From NCBI GenBank assembly GCA_964474755.1, contig CAYYUG010000002.1, positions 3,096 through 67,095 on the forward strand: 64,000 nt of DNA, read 5' to 3'. Position 1 is the stretch's first letter, and each line of letters begins with the position of its first letter. The DNA is from an uncultured Rhodospirillaceae bacterium. Lineage in GTDB: Bacteria > Pseudomonadota > Alphaproteobacteria > UBA8366 > GCA-2717185. The position numbers and the translations under genes are program-made. Positions 51,741-62,733 of this stretch are shown piece after piece. The notes beneath the pieces are model-generated. The model ran no database searches, was not told the DNA's origin, and was given only the letters and a program-made list of their open reading frames with translations.

Positions 51741-52379
51741 ATGATAAAAAGAAACCTTGGTTATTTTTGCTTTGCTGCGGTCGTCACGGTGTCTCTTTTT
51801 ATCCTGACTTCTGCCGCGCGAAGCCAACAGTCTGGAGAATTGCCGGCACCGCTGGTTGCCGTCATTGACTTTAAGCGAGCGGTTGAAGAGTCAGAAGCAG
51901 GTAGGGGTATCATCCAGCAGATCAATGAGCGGCATCGGCGTATTCAAAAAGAAATTGTGGCGGACACTTCGGCATTAGAAGAGGCTAAACGTCAGATGGA
52001 GCAGCAACAGACTATCTTGGCACCAAACGCCTTCAAGCAGCTGCGGCGCAATTATCAAAAACGTGTGCAGGCCTACCGCCTCAGGATACAGACAGAGCAA
52101 AAGAAACTCGACCTTATGTTGGGGCAGAATTTTCGGAAGGTTGAAGCGAAGCTCGCTGAGATTCTGAAGGAAATGGCACAGGAATTAGGTGCGAATTTGA
52201 TTATGGATGCGGGGCCTGGTCGCGGCAATATTCTGTTTACTGATTCCCGGCTTGTTGTGACCGAACAGGCGAAAGCGCGTCTCAATAAGGTGCTCCCCTA
52301 TATTGAAGTGGTCGAACCCGTCTTGAATCAACGCCCGAACTTGCAGGCGCCGCAGCTGCAAGTACCAAAAGTCAAGTAA
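51741..52379 (+). CDS. skp: OmpH/Skp-family periplasmic chaperone
   Basis: Signal peptide and a Gln/Lys/Glu-rich coiled-coil body. Conserved position between bamA and lpxD. Confidence 0.85.
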   Translation: MIKRNLGYFCFAAVVTVSLFILTSAARSQQSGELPAPLVAVIDFKRAVEESEAGRGIIQQINERHRRIQKEIVADTSALEEAKRQMEQQQTILAPNAFKQLRRNYQKRVQAYRLRIQTEQKKLDLMLGQNFRKVEAKLAEILKEMAQELGANLIMDAGPGRGNILFTDSRLVVTEQAKARLNKVLPYIEVVEPVLNQRPNLQAPQLQVPKVK

Positions 52380-52381
52380 TC

Positions 52382-53404
52382 ATGGCGGACCCGCGTTTTT
52401 TTACCCGAGAAGGCCCCTTTCGGCTAAAGGGGCTTGCGAATGTGATCGGAGCAAAATTGGGCGTTGGAAGTGATCCTAGACTCGAACTATTTGACGTTGG
52501 CCCCTTGGATGTAGCCGATGCGGGCACTTTGAGTTTCCTCGATAACCCTAAATACATCCCAGCTTTTCAAGCGAGTACGGCGGCAGCGTGCGTCGTGGCT
52601 GAAAAGTTCGCCGGCAGAGCTCCCGAGGGAATGGCGTTGCTTGTGTCGGAGGAACCTTATAAGGCTTACGCTCGCGCAGCGGCGTTGTTCTATCCCACGC
52701 CAGCGCCGGAGCCCGGTATTTCACACGTCGCCAATGTGGCGGAATCCGCGATTCTCGGTGCTGGTTGCAGGGTCGAAGCCGGCGCTGTTATTGGCGAAAA
52801 TGTGGTGCTGGGTGGAGGTTGCCACATCGGTCCAAATGCGGTGATCGGCGATGCGGTTACGATTGGCGACGCCACTGCGATTGGCACTAACGCTACGTTG
52901 AGCCATTGCGATGTCGGCGCACGTGTTCTTTTGCATCCTGGTGTGCGGATTGGGCAGCGTGGTTTTGGGTTTGCGATTGATCCCCGCGGTCATGTCAAAG
53001 TGCCGCAGTTAGGCCGCGTAATTGTTGGCGATGATGTCGAGATTGGTGCAAATTCGACGATCGATCGTGGATCTGGCCCGGATACGGTAATTGGCGACGG
53101 GACAATGATTGATAATTTGGTGCAGATTGGGCACAACGTGCAGATCGGGAAGGGGTGCATTATCATCGCGCAGGCGGGGATTGCTGGAAGTACGGTTCTC
53201 GAAGATTTTGCTGTAATCGCTGCACAAAGCGGCGTTTCTGGGCATTTATGCATAGGTAGAGGGGCACAGATTGGTGCGCGTTCTGGCATCATGCGGGATG
53301 TAGAATCGGGAGCCCGGATACTGGGATCGCCAGGGGTGCCCGCACGACAGTTCTTCCGGCAATTGGTGGCGTTAGAAAAGTTAACTAAGAAAGAGGGCGC
53401 GTAG
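52382..53404 (+). CDS. lpxD: UDP-3-O-(3-hydroxyacyl)glucosamine N-acyltransferase
   Basis: Hexapeptide (LbH) repeats, GFGF...[25 protein letters not shown]. Confidence 0.95.
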   Translation: MADPRFFTREGPFRLKGLANVIGAKLGVGSDPRLELFDVGPLDVADAGTLSFLDNPKYIPAFQASTAAACVVAEKFAGRAPEGMALLVSEEPYKAYARAAALFYPTPAPEPGISHVANVAESAILGAGCRVEAGAVIGENVVLGGGCHIGPNAVIGDAVTIGDATAIGTNATLSHCDVGARVLLHPGVRIGQRGFGFAIDPRGHVKVPQLGRVIVGDDVEIGANSTIDRGSGPDTVIGDGTMIDNLVQIGHNVQIGKGCIIIAQAGIAGSTVLEDFAVIAAQSGVSGHLCIGRGAQIGARSGIMRDVESGARILGSPGVPARQFFRQLVALEKLTKKEGA

Positions 53405-53406
53405 GA

Positions 53407-53868
53407 ATGGATGGCTGCGTGGAAAGGGCAGTGGATATCGATATCAACGCAATCATGCGGATGATACCGCATCGCTATCCCTTCCTCATGATTGATCGGG
53501 TTGTGGATGTCGTTGAAAATGATAGTGCGGTTGGCATTAAGAATGTTTCGATGGCAGAGCCGCACTTTCAAGGACATTTCCCGTCGCGGCCGGTAATGCC
53601 TGGTGTTTTGATCGTCGAAGCGATGGCGCAGACGGCGGCGGTTTTAGTGGTGAAAACGCTGGGCTGCGAAACCGAAGGCAAGTTGGTTTACTTCATGTCC
53701 GTGGACAAGGCGCGTTTTCGCAAGCCGGTCGTGCCGGGTGATGTTTTGCGTGTTTATGTAGCTAAAGAACGGATGCGAGGCAATGTTTGGCGTTTCACCG
53801 GCGAGGCGAAAGTAAACGAGGTGCTGTGCGCCGAAGCCACTTTCGCTGCAATGATCATGGATAACTAA
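53407..53868 (+). CDS. fabZ: 3-hydroxyacyl-ACP dehydratase FabZ
   Basis: [36 protein letters not shown]. Confidence 0.96.
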   Translation: MDGCVERAVDIDINAIMRMIPHRYPFLMIDRVVDVVENDSAVGIKNVSMAEPHFQGHFPSRPVMPGVLIVEAMAQTAAVLVVKTLGCETEGKLVYFMSVDKARFRKPVVPGDVLRVYVAKERMRGNVWRFTGEAKVNEVLCAEATFAAMIMDN

Positions 53869-54654
53869 ATGACCGAAATACATCCGACTGCGATCGTCGA
53901 TCCCGATGCCAAGGTCGGTGATGGGGTCGTTATTGGACCGTACTGTGTCGTCGAAGCAGGTGTGACGCTTGGTAATAATGTGCAATTGCATTCCCATGTG
54001 GTCGTCGGCGGATGGACAATTGTCGGCGCCAAAACAGAGATTTATCCCTTCTCTGCGATTGGTTTGCCCCCCCAGGATCTCAAATATTCTGGAGAAAACT
54101 CAAAGCTTATCATCGGCGAGCGCAATCGGGTTCGCGAGCATGTCACCATGAATCCGGGGACCTCGGAAGGTGGTATGATTACGCGTGTCGGTGACGACTG
54201 TTTGTTCATGGTCGGGTCGCATATCGCACATGATTGCCTAATGGGCGACCACGTCGTCATGGCGAATAACGCGACCCTTGCAGGACATGTGGTTGTTGGC
54301 GACTACGCGATCTTGGGCGGGCTATCTGCTGTCCATCAGTTCGTAAGGATCGGTCGGCACGCCATAGTGGGTGGTATGTCCGGTGTCGAGAATGATGTCA
54401 TTCCATACGGTTCCGTTATGGGGGATCGGGCCCGGCTCAGCGGTCTTAATATTATCGGACTGAAGCGACGCAATTTTGCCAAGGATGAGATCCACAAGCT
54501 TCGGACTGCTTACCGTATGTTATTCGCGGAAGAGGGTACGCTGCAGGAGCGCATCGACGATGTCGCAAAGATGTTCGGCGACAATGCCGATATTCTGGAA
54601 ATCGTCGAGTTCATGCAAGCCGACTCATCGCGCGGGCTAACCCAGCCGCGTTAG
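53869..54654 (+). CDS. lpxA: acyl-ACP--UDP-N-acetylglucosamine O-acyltransferase
   Basis: IHPTAIVDP.A.VG, hexapeptide repeats, GLNIIGLKRRNF. Confidence 0.95.
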   Translation: MTEIHPTAIVDPDAKVGDGVVIGPYCVVEAGVTLGNNVQLHSHVVVGGWTIVGAKTEIYPFSAIGLPPQDLKYSGENSKLIIGERNRVREHVTMNPGTSEGGMITRVGDDCLFMVGSHIAHDCLMGDHVVMANNATLAGHVVVGDYAILGGLSAVHQFVRIGRHAIVGGMSGVENDVIPYGSVMGDRARLSGLNIIGLKRRNFAKDEIHKLRTAYRMLFAEEGTLQERIDDVAKMFGDNADILEIVEFMQADSSRGLTQPR

Positions 54655-54655
54655 G

Positions 54656-55483
54656 ATGGTGAGCCGGAAGCTGGGGATATTGGCTGGAGGCGGCGTGTTG
54701 CCGCAATTGCTCGTGGAGGCATGTCGGACGAAAGAGCGTCCCGTCTTTGTCCTCGCTTTTAAAGGTCATACAAACATGGATACCACGAAAGGCGTCGATC
54801 ACGCATGGGTGCGGCTGGGAGCGGTGGGTAAAGCGCTAAAATGCCTTCGTGACGCGGGCGCTGAAGATCTCGTTCTTGCGGGACCGGTGCGCCGTCCTTC
54901 GCTCATGGATTTGCGCCCCGATGCGACTGCTCTAAATTATTTTGCTAAAGCTGGTGGGAAGGCTATGGGCGACGACAGTTTGCTGCGTGGGGTTATCCAG
55001 ATGCTGGAGGAAGGAGAAGGCTTCAGGGTTCTCGGAGTCGAAGATGTGTTAGGGGGAATTACTGCTCCAGAGGGGACGTTGGGTGCTTACACCCCGGACG
55101 CTGCCGCTGATAGGGATATCGGGCGCGGAGTGGCTGTCGTGCGCGCACTGGGCGCTGCAGATGTGGGTCAAGCCGCAATTGTTCAGGATGGCATAGTCTT
55201 GGGCGTAGAGGCAGTTGAAGGGACTGATGCCCTGCTGCAGCGTTGCAGTGCGCTGCGCCGGGAAGGGCCAGGCGGTGTCCTTGTGAAGCTTAGTAAACCG
55301 GGGCAGGAAAAACGAGTTGACTTACCGACGATCGGGACAGATACAGTGGCACTCGCCAAGGAAGCCGGTTTGCGCGGGATTGCTGTTGAAGCGAGTCACA
55401 CCTTAATCATCGCGAGTGATGCGGTCATCGAAGCAGCTGACGCAGCGGGATTGTTCGTGGTCGGTCTGTCTGTATCGTCGTGA
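54656..55483 (+). CDS. lpxI: UDP-2,3-diacylglucosamine pyrophosphatase LpxI (DUF1009)
   Basis: KLGILAGGGVLP, DVGQAAIVQDGIVLGVEAVEGTDALL, DLPTIG. Located between lpxA and lpxB, as is typical of alphaproteobacteria. Confidence 0.88.
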   Translation: MVSRKLGILAGGGVLPQLLVEACRTKERPVFVLAFKGHTNMDTTKGVDHAWVRLGAVGKALKCLRDAGAEDLVLAGPVRRPSLMDLRPDATALNYFAKAGGKAMGDDSLLRGVIQMLEEGEGFRVLGVEDVLGGITAPEGTLGAYTPDAAADRDIGRGVAVVRALGAADVGQAAIVQDGIVLGVEAVEGTDALLQRCSALRREGPGGVLVKLSKPGQEKRVDLPTIGTDTVALAKEAGLRGIAVEASHTLIIASDAVIEAADAAGLFVVGLSVSS

Positions 55484-56640
55484 GCCGCGACTGGCTAATA
55501 GTATATCTTGTCGCCGGGGAACCATCAGGCGATGTATTGGGCGGTAGTCTCATGGCGGCTTTGAAGACCGCAACTGGTGGGGCTGTGGAATTTCGAGGAA
55601 TTGGCGGGCCGGCAATGCAGGAGCAGGGCCTGAAAAGTCAATTTCCAATGTCGGAACTCTCGGTCATGGGTCTCATTGAAATTCTGCCCCATGCCCGCAA
55701 ATTATTAGGGCGGATGCGGGAGACAGCACAAGCGATCGACAACCTGCAGCCTGACGCGGTGGTGACCATCGATACGCCAGCTTTCGCGTACGGCGTGGTG
55801 AAAAGAATTCAAACCCGCCAAATCCCTCGAATACAATACGTTGCGCCGCAACTTTGGGCGTGGCGCCCCTGGCGGGTTCATAAGTTCCGGCGGCAGTTCG
55901 ATCACCTGCTGGCCCTACTTCCGTTCGAACCTGATTGGTTCGCACAGCGTGGGGTGGACTGTCATTTTGTTGGTCATCCTGTCGTTGAGATCGAAATCGG
56001 GCAGTCAGATGGTGTCAGGTTTCGGACAAATCACGATATTGACCCGAATGCACTAGCAATTTGCGTTTTGCCGGGTAGCCGCCAGGGTGAGGTTTCGCGC
56101 CTTTCGACGCCATTTGGCGAAACCTTGCGTCGGCTTCACGAAAAATATCCCAATATTACAGCTGTTATCCCTACGGTCCCTAATGTTGCTGATGCTGTGA
56201 TGGCCGCATTCGATGATATACCGCTTCGGACAATTATCGTCGAAGATACCGGCGACAAATTTTCAGCGATGGCCGCCTGCGATGTGGGACTGGCGGCCTC
56301 GGGCACCGTGACATTGGAACTCGCTATGGCGAGAGTGCCTTATGTTGCGGCGTATAAGGTGGCGACGGTGACGCACTGGTTGGCTTCGATATTGGTTCAG
56401 GTTCCTTACGCCAATTTGATCAACTTCATATCAAATAGAGAGGTTGTGCCGGAGTGCATCCAAAGCCGATGCGAGCCAGATATGCTTTTCGGTCATATCT
56501 GTCGTTTGCTAGACGGAGCCGGAGCCGGGCAGGTCAATGCCATGCGACCGGCTTTGGAAGCCATAGGCCTGGGAAGTGTGCCGCCAAGCGAGCGGGCTGC
56601 CGCTGCTGTGCTGCAAATTATCAATAAAAGGATAAAGTAG
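55480..56640 (+). CDS. lpxB: lipid-A-disaccharide synthase
   Basis: VAGEPSGDVLGGSLM, YVAPQLWAWRPWR, LPGSRQGEV, ASGTVTLELA. GTGA overlap with lpxI. Confidence 0.95.
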   Translation: MSRDWLIVYLVAGEPSGDVLGGSLMAALKTATGGAVEFRGIGGPAMQEQGLKSQFPMSELSVMGLIEILPHARKLLGRMRETAQAIDNLQPDAVVTIDTPAFAYGVVKRIQTRQIPRIQYVAPQLWAWRPWRVHKFRRQFDHLLALLPFEPDWFAQRGVDCHFVGHPVVEIEIGQSDGVRFRTNHDIDPNALAICVLPGSRQGEVSRLSTPFGETLRRLHEKYPNITAVIPTVPNVADAVMAAFDDIPLRTIIVEDTGDKFSAMAACDVGLAASGTVTLELAMARVPYVAAYKVATVTHWLASILVQVPYANLINFISNREVVPECIQSRCEPDMLFGHICRLLDGAGAGQVNAMRPALEAIGLGSVPPSERAAAAVLQIINKRIK

Positions 56641-56654
56641 GTTGTGGAACAAAG

Positions 56655-56674
56655 ACGGCGCCTATGGGCGCCGT
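56655..56674. terminator. GC-rich bidirectional terminator hairpin between convergent lpxB and gltA
   Basis: ACGGCGCC-tatg-GGCGCCGT, flanked by GGAACAAAG upstream and TCTGTATTG downstream. Confidence 0.65.
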
Positions 56675-56685
56675 TCTGTATTGCT

Positions 56686-58002
56686 CTACCGCTGTTCCCG
56701 GGGAACGTAGGGTCGACTGGTGTAGCCGGTATAGAGTTGCCGAGGCCGGCCAATTTTTTGCGATGGATCCTCAATCATCTCCTTCCACTGTGCTATCCAA
56801 CCTACCGTCCGAGCGAGGGCGAATAGGACTGTGAACATCGATGTCGGAAAACCCAACGCTTTCAGAATGATGCCGGAATAGAAATCGACATTTGGGAATA
56901 GTTTTCGCTGGATGAAGTAATCGTCCTCAAGCGCTACCCTTTCCAACTCCATAGCAATTTCAAGCAATGGATCGTTCTCGATACCGAGTTCGCCAAGCAC
57001 TTCGTGCGCACTCTTCATCAGTACCCGCGCACGGGGATCGTGGTTTTTGTAAACCCGATGGCCGAAGCCCATCAGGCGGAATGGGTCGTCTTTATCCTTG
57101 GCCCGAGCTATCATTTCGCCGATCCGCTCGACGGAGCCAATCTCGCTCAACGTTTCGAGAACTGCTTCGTTAGCGCCACCATGCGCCGGCCCCCACAGTG
57201 AAGCGATGCCTGCGGCAATGCAGGCGAATGGGTTGGCACCGGAAGAACCAGCCATACGCACCGTCGAGGTTGATGCGTTCTGCTCGTGATCTGCGTGCAA
57301 GATGAAGATCCGATCCATGGCACGAGAGACGACGGGGCTGATCTTGTAATCCTCGGTGGGAACCGAGAACATCATGTGAAGGAAGTTTTCCGCATAGGTA
57401 AGGTCGTTTCGCGGATAAACGAAGGGCTGACCGATCGAATATTTGTAGGCCATCGCGGCGATCGTCGGGACTTTCGCGATCAGCCGATGTGATGCGATCA
57501 TTCGTTGGTGAGGATCGTTTATATCAGTCGAGTCGTGATAGAAGGCGGAAAGGGCGCCCACCACGCCGCACATGATTGCCATCGGGTGTGCGTCACGGCG
57601 GAAGCCCCGATAGAGTGTGTGCAACTGTTCATGAACCATCGTATGGTTAGTGATTATGCTGTTAAATTCTTCGTATTCAGCCTTAGATGGAAGTTCCCCA
57701 TTTAGCAGCAGGTAGCAAATTTCGAGAAAGTTACTTTGTTCGGCTAGTTCCTCGATTGGATAACCACGATGCAATAAGACCCCTTCCTCGCCGTCGATGT
57801 AGGTAATTTTGGATTCGCACGAACCTGTTGAGGTGTAACCCGGATCATAGGTGAAATGCCCTGTCTGTGCGTAGAGCGGTCTGACATCGATAACTTTCGG
57901 TCCGACCGTACCTGGCATCAGTGGCAGATCGTAATTATTCCCCGTACTGTGATCTTGCAGTGTTACATATTCGTTTCCGGAGGCCTTTGCTTCCTGACTC
58001 AT
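56686..58002 (-). CDS. gltA: citrate synthase (type II)
   Basis: [37 protein letters not shown]. Confidence 0.97.
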   Translation of the reverse strand: MSQEAKASGNEYVTLQDHSTGNNYDLPLMPGTVGPKVIDVRPLYAQTGHFTYDPGYTSTGSCESKITYIDGEEGVLLHRGYPIEELAEQSNFLEICYLLLNGELPSKAEYEEFNSIITNHTMVHEQLHTLYRGFRRDAHPMAIMCGVVGALSAFYHDSTDINDPHQRMIASHRLIAKVPTIAAMAYKYSIGQPFVYPRNDLTYAENFLHMMFSVPTEDYKISPVVSRAMDRIFILHADHEQNASTSTVRMAGSSGANPFACIAAGIASLWGPAHGGANEAVLETLSEIGSVERIGEMIARAKDKDDPFRLMGFGHRVYKNHDPRARVLMKSAHEVLGELGIENDPLLEIAMELERVALEDDYFIQRKLFPNVDFYSGIILKALGFPTSMFTVLFALARTVGWIAQWKEMIEDPSQKIGRPRQLYTGYTSRPYVPREQR

Positions 58003-58151
58003 TGCAGCACCTTCTTTTATTTATCAATAAGTTGCAAACAGTCGCGGCATTTTTTGTGTCTGCGCCACACCCTAGAAGCTAGGCGTCAGTTGTCGTCCGC
58101 ATTGGGTATGAATATAGAGATTTATTCCTATTTGAGCAAATTAGCCGGGCG

Positions 58152-59558
58152 CTAGCGTTGGGTCCCCGGGACTGCCAGGAGGCGCGTCAGCGACTCCTCT
58201 TTGCCTAGTATATGCAACACCTCGAATATCCCTGGTGATGCGTTCGAACCGGTCAGCGCTACCCGCAATGGTTGTGCTAATTTGCCAAGTCCGATGTTTC
58301 TTGCCGCGACGAAATCGCGAGCTGTTTGCTCAATATCCGCTTCTATCCATCCGTCAAGCGATTGCAGTTTTGCGGCGAAATCTGTCAGATGCGTAATTCC
58401 GTCCTCATCGAGTAATTTGGCCGCTTTGGTGTTTTGCAAGGGAAATGTTGGGGCGTCTGCGTAGAACCGTGCCATTTTTGCTAGGTCGTTCAAGTTTTTT
58501 GCTCGTTCGGTAAGGCTGCTGAGGCCGGCGGCCAACCGTTTGCGTACCGTTTCGACCGCGCAACTAGTGCAATCAAGTCGTGACATTAGAAGTTCGATCA
58601 ACGTTTCAGTATCTACTTCTCTCAGATAGTGCTGGTTAACGCTTTCCAGTCTGTCTAAGTCAAACCGCGATGGTGATTTGCCCACTGCATCGAGGTCGAA
58701 CCATTCAATTGCTTGTTCGATCGATATGATCTCATCGTCTCCATGGCTCCATCCCAGCCGTAGCAAATAGTTTCTAAGGGCTTCCGGCAGATAGCCCATA
58801 TCTTGGTAGGCATCAATTCCCAGAGCGCCATGACGTTTGGAAAGTTTCTGGCCATTTGCACCATGAATCAATGGGATATGACCGAATGCCGGTGGCTTCC
58901 AGTCCAGCGCAAAAAACAATTGGGTTTGTCGTGCGGCGTTTGTCAGATGGTCGTCTCCCCGGATTACATGAGTGATGCCCATATCATGGTCGTCTACAAC
59001 GACAGAGAGCATGTAGGTCGGCGTGCCATCGTTTCGCAGCAGGATCATATCATCGAGCTGGTTGTTGCCTACTTGAACAGGCCCTTGCACTAAGTCGCAG
59101 ACGACCGTTTCGCCTTCGAGTGGGGCCTTCAATCGGACCACTGGATGGACACCTTCTGGGGCTTCGGATTTGTCGCGGTCGCGCCAACGCCCGTCGTAGC
59201 GCATCGAGCGTCCTTCTCGCTTGGCCGTTTCACGCATTTCCGCCAATTCTTCGGTTGTGCAATAGCAGTGATATGCGCGTCCATTTGCCAGTAACTCGTG
59301 CGCGACGGCTGCGTGCCGAGCAGCTCGCTGGGATTGGAAGTAGGTGTCGCGGTTCCAATCCAATTCAAGCCAGCGCAGCCCGTCCAGGATCGCGTCAATC
59401 GCTTGAGGCGTCGATCGTTTGTGGTCGGTATCCTCTATCCGCAAAAGAAACTCGCCGCCATGATGTTTGGCGAAGAGCCAGTTGAACAACGCGGTCCGGG
59501 CACCGCCGATATGCAGGTAACCAGTGGGCGAGGGAGCGAAGCGCGTGACAACGGCCAT
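58152..59558 (-). CDS. gltX: glutamate--tRNA ligase
   Basis: VTRFAPSPTGYLHIGGARTALFNW (HIGH) and KLSKRHGA (KMSKS). Start set to the ATG at 59558 rather than the upstream start of the raw ORF. Confidence 0.95.
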   Translation of the reverse strand: MAVVTRFAPSPTGYLHIGGARTALFNWLFAKHHGGEFLLRIEDTDHKRSTPQAIDAILDGLRWLELDWNRDTYFQSQRAARHAAVAHELLANGRAYHCYCTTEELAEMRETAKREGRSMRYDGRWRDRDKSEAPEGVHPVVRLKAPLEGETVVCDLVQGPVQVGNNQLDDMILLRNDGTPTYMLSVVVDDHDMGITHVIRGDDHLTNAARQTQLFFALDWKPPAFGHIPLIHGANGQKLSKRHGALGIDAYQDMGYLPEALRNYLLRLGWSHGDDEIISIEQAIEWFDLDAVGKSPSRFDLDRLESVNQHYLREVDTETLIELLMSRLDCTSCAVETVRKRLAAGLSSLTERAKNLNDLAKMARFYADAPTFPLQNTKAAKLLDEDGITHLTDFAAKLQSLDGWIEADIEQTARDFVAARNIGLGKLAQPLRVALTGSNASPGIFEVLHILGKEESLTRLLAVPGTQR

Positions 59559-60174
59559 GCGGCGTCCTTTCAGAGAAGATGAGACAAGTGCTCGCGGTTT
59601 ACCACGATGATACACAGCCTGAGAAGCCACTTGAGTGTGAGCAGGCAAAGAACCAAATGATAGAATCACAACACCATTTTATACAAAAACAATCGCTACT
59701 TAATGTGCAATACAACCGTAAAACCTTTAGAGACGTTGCGAACCTTAACCATGTTTGCTGCCTGTTTCGCGCTATTTGCCGCTGGACCCTCCCTGTTCTT
59801 GGACGATGGCTTGATAGTCGTGTTGCCGAACATTGGGTGTCTCGTAAATTAGACCACGCACGGCGTAAAATTGATTGCCACTAGGTGGCGCAGTTACAGC
59901 CGACAGTGCGGCATACAATCTTGGCGTCAGGAAATCGATTGCCGACACTGAAATAGTGTCGTCTGCACATAGAGGGCAAAAGAATAGATCTAATCTTTGC
60001 TGGACGATCCGCTACGCTGGAATAATTATGCTGTGATGTCGATATCGTGGTTGGTGCAGCTTTATATCGGCCGGATTCACCCATATTGCCAAGGTGGCCT
60101 TGCGACCTGAGAACCGAGTTTTTTGGTCGACAGTCAGGAATATTGAATCTTGATGTTAAAGCGGCGGCCAAAAT

Positions 60175-60879
60175 CTAGTAGCGTCGGAGAAGTCCGATTA
60201 GCCGCCCTTGCACCTTGACCCGGTCAGGTCCAAAAATCCGCGTTTCGTATGAGATGTTGGCCGGTTCGAGCGCGATTGAGTCGCCCCGCTGTCGGAGCCG
60301 TTTCAAGGTCACTTCGTTTTCGTCGATTAGGGCGACGACAATCGATCCGGTTTCCGCCGTATCGCAGCGTTGAATGACAACGGTATCACCATTCAATATT
60401 CCGGCGTCAACCATCGAGTCACCTTCAACCTCCAGCGCGTAGTGGTCTCCACCACCGAGCATACTGGCGGGTATATCGACTGCGTTGGTCTGATCGCGCA
60501 AGGCTTCAATAGGCGTACCAGCAGCAATCTTGCCATAGAGGGGTAAGGGTACGGACTCGAACCCGTCGGTAAAGTCAGCCGCGGCCGGTGGTGGAGCAAA
60601 CTCGTCGTTGCTGATGACTTTGGGCAAAAAACCATTTTTGGAGCTAAGGCCCGCGGATTCCGCATTCTCGGGCAGACGGATGATTTCTAGCGCGCGAGCA
60701 CGGTGCGGCAAACGACGGATAAAGCCACGCTCTTCGAGCCCCGTGATCAGCCTGTGAATACCGGATTTGGACTTCAGGTCTAACGCTTGCTTCATTTCTT
60801 CGAATGAAGGCGATACACCTGAAGCAGAAAGGCGGTCCTGAATATACATCAACAACTCGTACTGTTTACGGGTAAGCAC
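60175..60879 (-). CDS. lexA: LexA repressor
   Basis: [13 protein letters not shown] winged-helix N-terminus, Ala-Gly cleavage region ([10 protein letters not shown]), VEGDSM (Ser) and TLKRL (Lys). GTG start preceded by GGAGA. Confidence 0.96.
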   Translation of the reverse strand: MLTRKQYELLMYIQDRLSASGVSPSFEEMKQALDLKSKSGIHRLITGLEERGFIRRLPHRARALEIIRLPENAESAGLSSKNGFLPKVISNDEFAPPPAAADFTDGFESVPLPLYGKIAAGTPIEALRDQTNAVDIPASMLGGGDHYALEVEGDSMVDAGILNGDTVVIQRCDTAETGSIVVALIDENEVTLKRLRQRGDSIALEPANISYETRIFGPDRVKVQGRLIGLLRRY

Positions 60880-60993
60880 GAATAATTCTCCCTTCGGAAA
60901 ATTCCAAACTCAAGCATCCTATAACTCCTTATCGACCCTTTTTGATGGCTCGATTGGACACAAGATATAGAACAAAACAACAACACGACACAT

Positions 60994-61008
60994 GTTCTAG
61001 TTTAGTTC
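60994..61008. promoter_or_regulatory. alphaproteobacterial SOS box (GTTC-N7-GTTC) upstream of lexA
   Basis: GTTCTAGTTTAGTTC, 115-129 nt upstream of the lexA GTG. A degenerate second copy (GAAC-N7-CAAC) lies at 60970-60984. Confidence 0.6.
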
Positions 61009-61042
61009 GCTTTTTTGGTCAAGGAATAACTGTCAGTTCAAA

Positions 61043-62257
61043 TCAGACTTTTGCCAACCCTTCTGGGATAGGGAGGTATTCAATAACGTCTCCGGCCGCC
61101 GAGGGCGGCGCATGCGGTGCGCGGATGATCAGGCAATCCGCCCTTGCCATCCGTGAAAGCATGGAACTGTCTTGCTTTGCAAAGGGGACAGCAATCAGAC
61201 CGCCATTGTTGTCATGTTCCAGAGTTGCGCGTAGATAGTCTTCGCGTTGGTCGTTCTCTGTCAGGGGGGTCTTTAAGCGGGCGGTCAGCCTCGGCTGCTT
61301 AACAGCAGAGATACCGAGCATCCGCTCAATTGCTGGCAGCATGAATATGATCGCACAGACTATGGTGGATACTGGATTGCCAGGCAGTCCCAGTACGGGT
61401 GTTTCTCCTATTGAGCCAAATATCAGTGGTTTGCCGGGTCGCATGGCAATACGCCAGAAATCCAGTTCGAAACCTAATTCGCCAAGAACACTTTGCACTA
61501 GATCGTGATCACCGACTGAAGCACCGCCAGTTGTCACCAGCAGATCAGCGCCACGCGCGCCATTCGCCATTGCCTTCAGCGCTTCCCGGTCGTCCGGTGC
61601 GATTCCCAGAGAAATAGCAACGCCGCCGCGAGCTCGGATGAATGAGGCGAGGGCGAGGCTATTCGAACTAACGATCTGGTTCGGGCCTAGTGGATCGCCA
61701 GGCATGGCAATTTCGTCACCAGTTGCCAGAATTGCAATCCGCGGTTTGCGATGCACCATCAGCCACGGAACGTTCATCGCGCCGGCAAAGCCCAAATCGC
61801 GTGCCGTCATCACCTGGCCGGCGAAAAGCCCGATTTCGTTCGCTTGGAAGTCGAGACCGGCTGGTCGGATATAGTGGCCTTTCGCGGCTGAGGTCTGGAT
61901 TGTTACCTGATCGCCCTCAGCCTCTGTGTTTTCCTGAATGACTATCGTATCGGCACCGGTGGGAACAGGGCCACCGGTGAAAATTCGCACGCACTGTCCC
62001 GGGGCGAGTACCCCGTCGTGTTGACCGCCGGCAGGAGCATGACCGATGATGTTGAGGGTAACTGGCGCTGTGGCGACGTCTTCATGGCGTACGGCGTAGC
62101 CGTCCATCGCGGAGACTGCGACAGGTGGTTGTGTGCGGCGGGACTGGACATTTTCTGCCAACACACGGCCCAGACCGTCGATCAGGCTGATCTGTTCAGC
62201 CTGCAGGGGCGAGAAGGCTGCTAGAACCCGAGTGCGCGCTTCCTCGACTGAGAGCAT
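61043..62257 (-). CDS. moeA: molybdopterin molybdotransferase
   Basis: VSAMDGYAV, IFTGGPVPTGADTIV, LLVTTGGASVGDHD, PGKPL.FG, GLPGNPVS. Confidence 0.93.
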   Translation of the reverse strand: MLSVEEARTRVLAAFSPLQAEQISLIDGLGRVLAENVQSRRTQPPVAVSAMDGYAVRHEDVATAPVTLNIIGHAPAGGQHDGVLAPGQCVRIFTGGPVPTGADTIVIQENTEAEGDQVTIQTSAAKGHYIRPAGLDFQANEIGLFAGQVMTARDLGFAGAMNVPWLMVHRKPRIAILATGDEIAMPGDPLGPNQIVSSNSLALASFIRARGGVAISLGIAPDDREALKAMANGARGADLLVTTGGASVGDHDLVQSVLGELGFELDFWRIAMRPGKPLIFGSIGETPVLGLPGNPVSTIVCAIIFMLPAIERMLGISAVKQPRLTARLKTPLTENDQREDYLRATLEHDNNGGLIAVPFAKQDSSMLSRMARADCLIIRAPHAPPSAAGDVIEYLPIPEGLAKV

Positions 62258-62733
62258 CAGCGACCTTGGTACGCGCCCGATTTGCCACCGGATTTATGGG
62301 TAAGGCGTATGTCGGTGATTTGCATACCGCGATCTACCGCTTTGCACATGTCGTAAACGGTCAATGCGGAAACGGAGACCGCGGTCAACGCTTCCATCTC
62401 AACCCCCGTTCGGCCCCTTAATTTGCAAGTAGCTGTGATATCGACGGCGTTGCGGTTGCTATCGATGCTCAACTCGACCTTGATAGAGGAAAGTGCTAGC
62501 GGGTGACAGAGCGGGATCAGATCCGGTGTCTTTTTAGCGCCCATAATTCCGGCGAGCCGAGCGACTGAGAGTACATCGCCCTTTGTTACGCTACCGTCGG
62601 CAATCAACTGAATGGTTTTCTGTTGCATCACGATAGAACCAGCGGCCGTCGCTACACGCTCGGTTTCGTCCTTGGCAGAGACGTCGACCATCAACGCGTT
62701 GCCGTCGGAATCGAAATGCGTCAGGATCGCCAT
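62257..62733 (-). CDS. moaC: cyclic pyranopterin monophosphate synthase
   Basis: [66 protein letters not shown]. Confidence 0.95.
   Translation of the reverse strand: MAILTHFDSDGNALMVDVSAKDETERVATAAGSIVMQQKTIQLIADGSVTKGDVLSVARLAGIMGAKKTPDLIPLCHPLALSSIKVELSIDSNRNAVDITATCKLRGRTGVEMEALTAVSVSALTVYDMCKAVDRGMQITDIRLTHKSGGKSGAYQGR

Noticed and set aside
59881-60171. 96-aa minus-strand ORF (and the 101-aa plus-strand ORF at 59579-59884) in the gltX-lexA gap.
   Set aside because: There is no RBS and no recognisable motif. The composition is odd (Cys/Arg/Ser-rich), and the plus-strand ORF overlaps the gltX 5' region. I treat the gap as non-coding.
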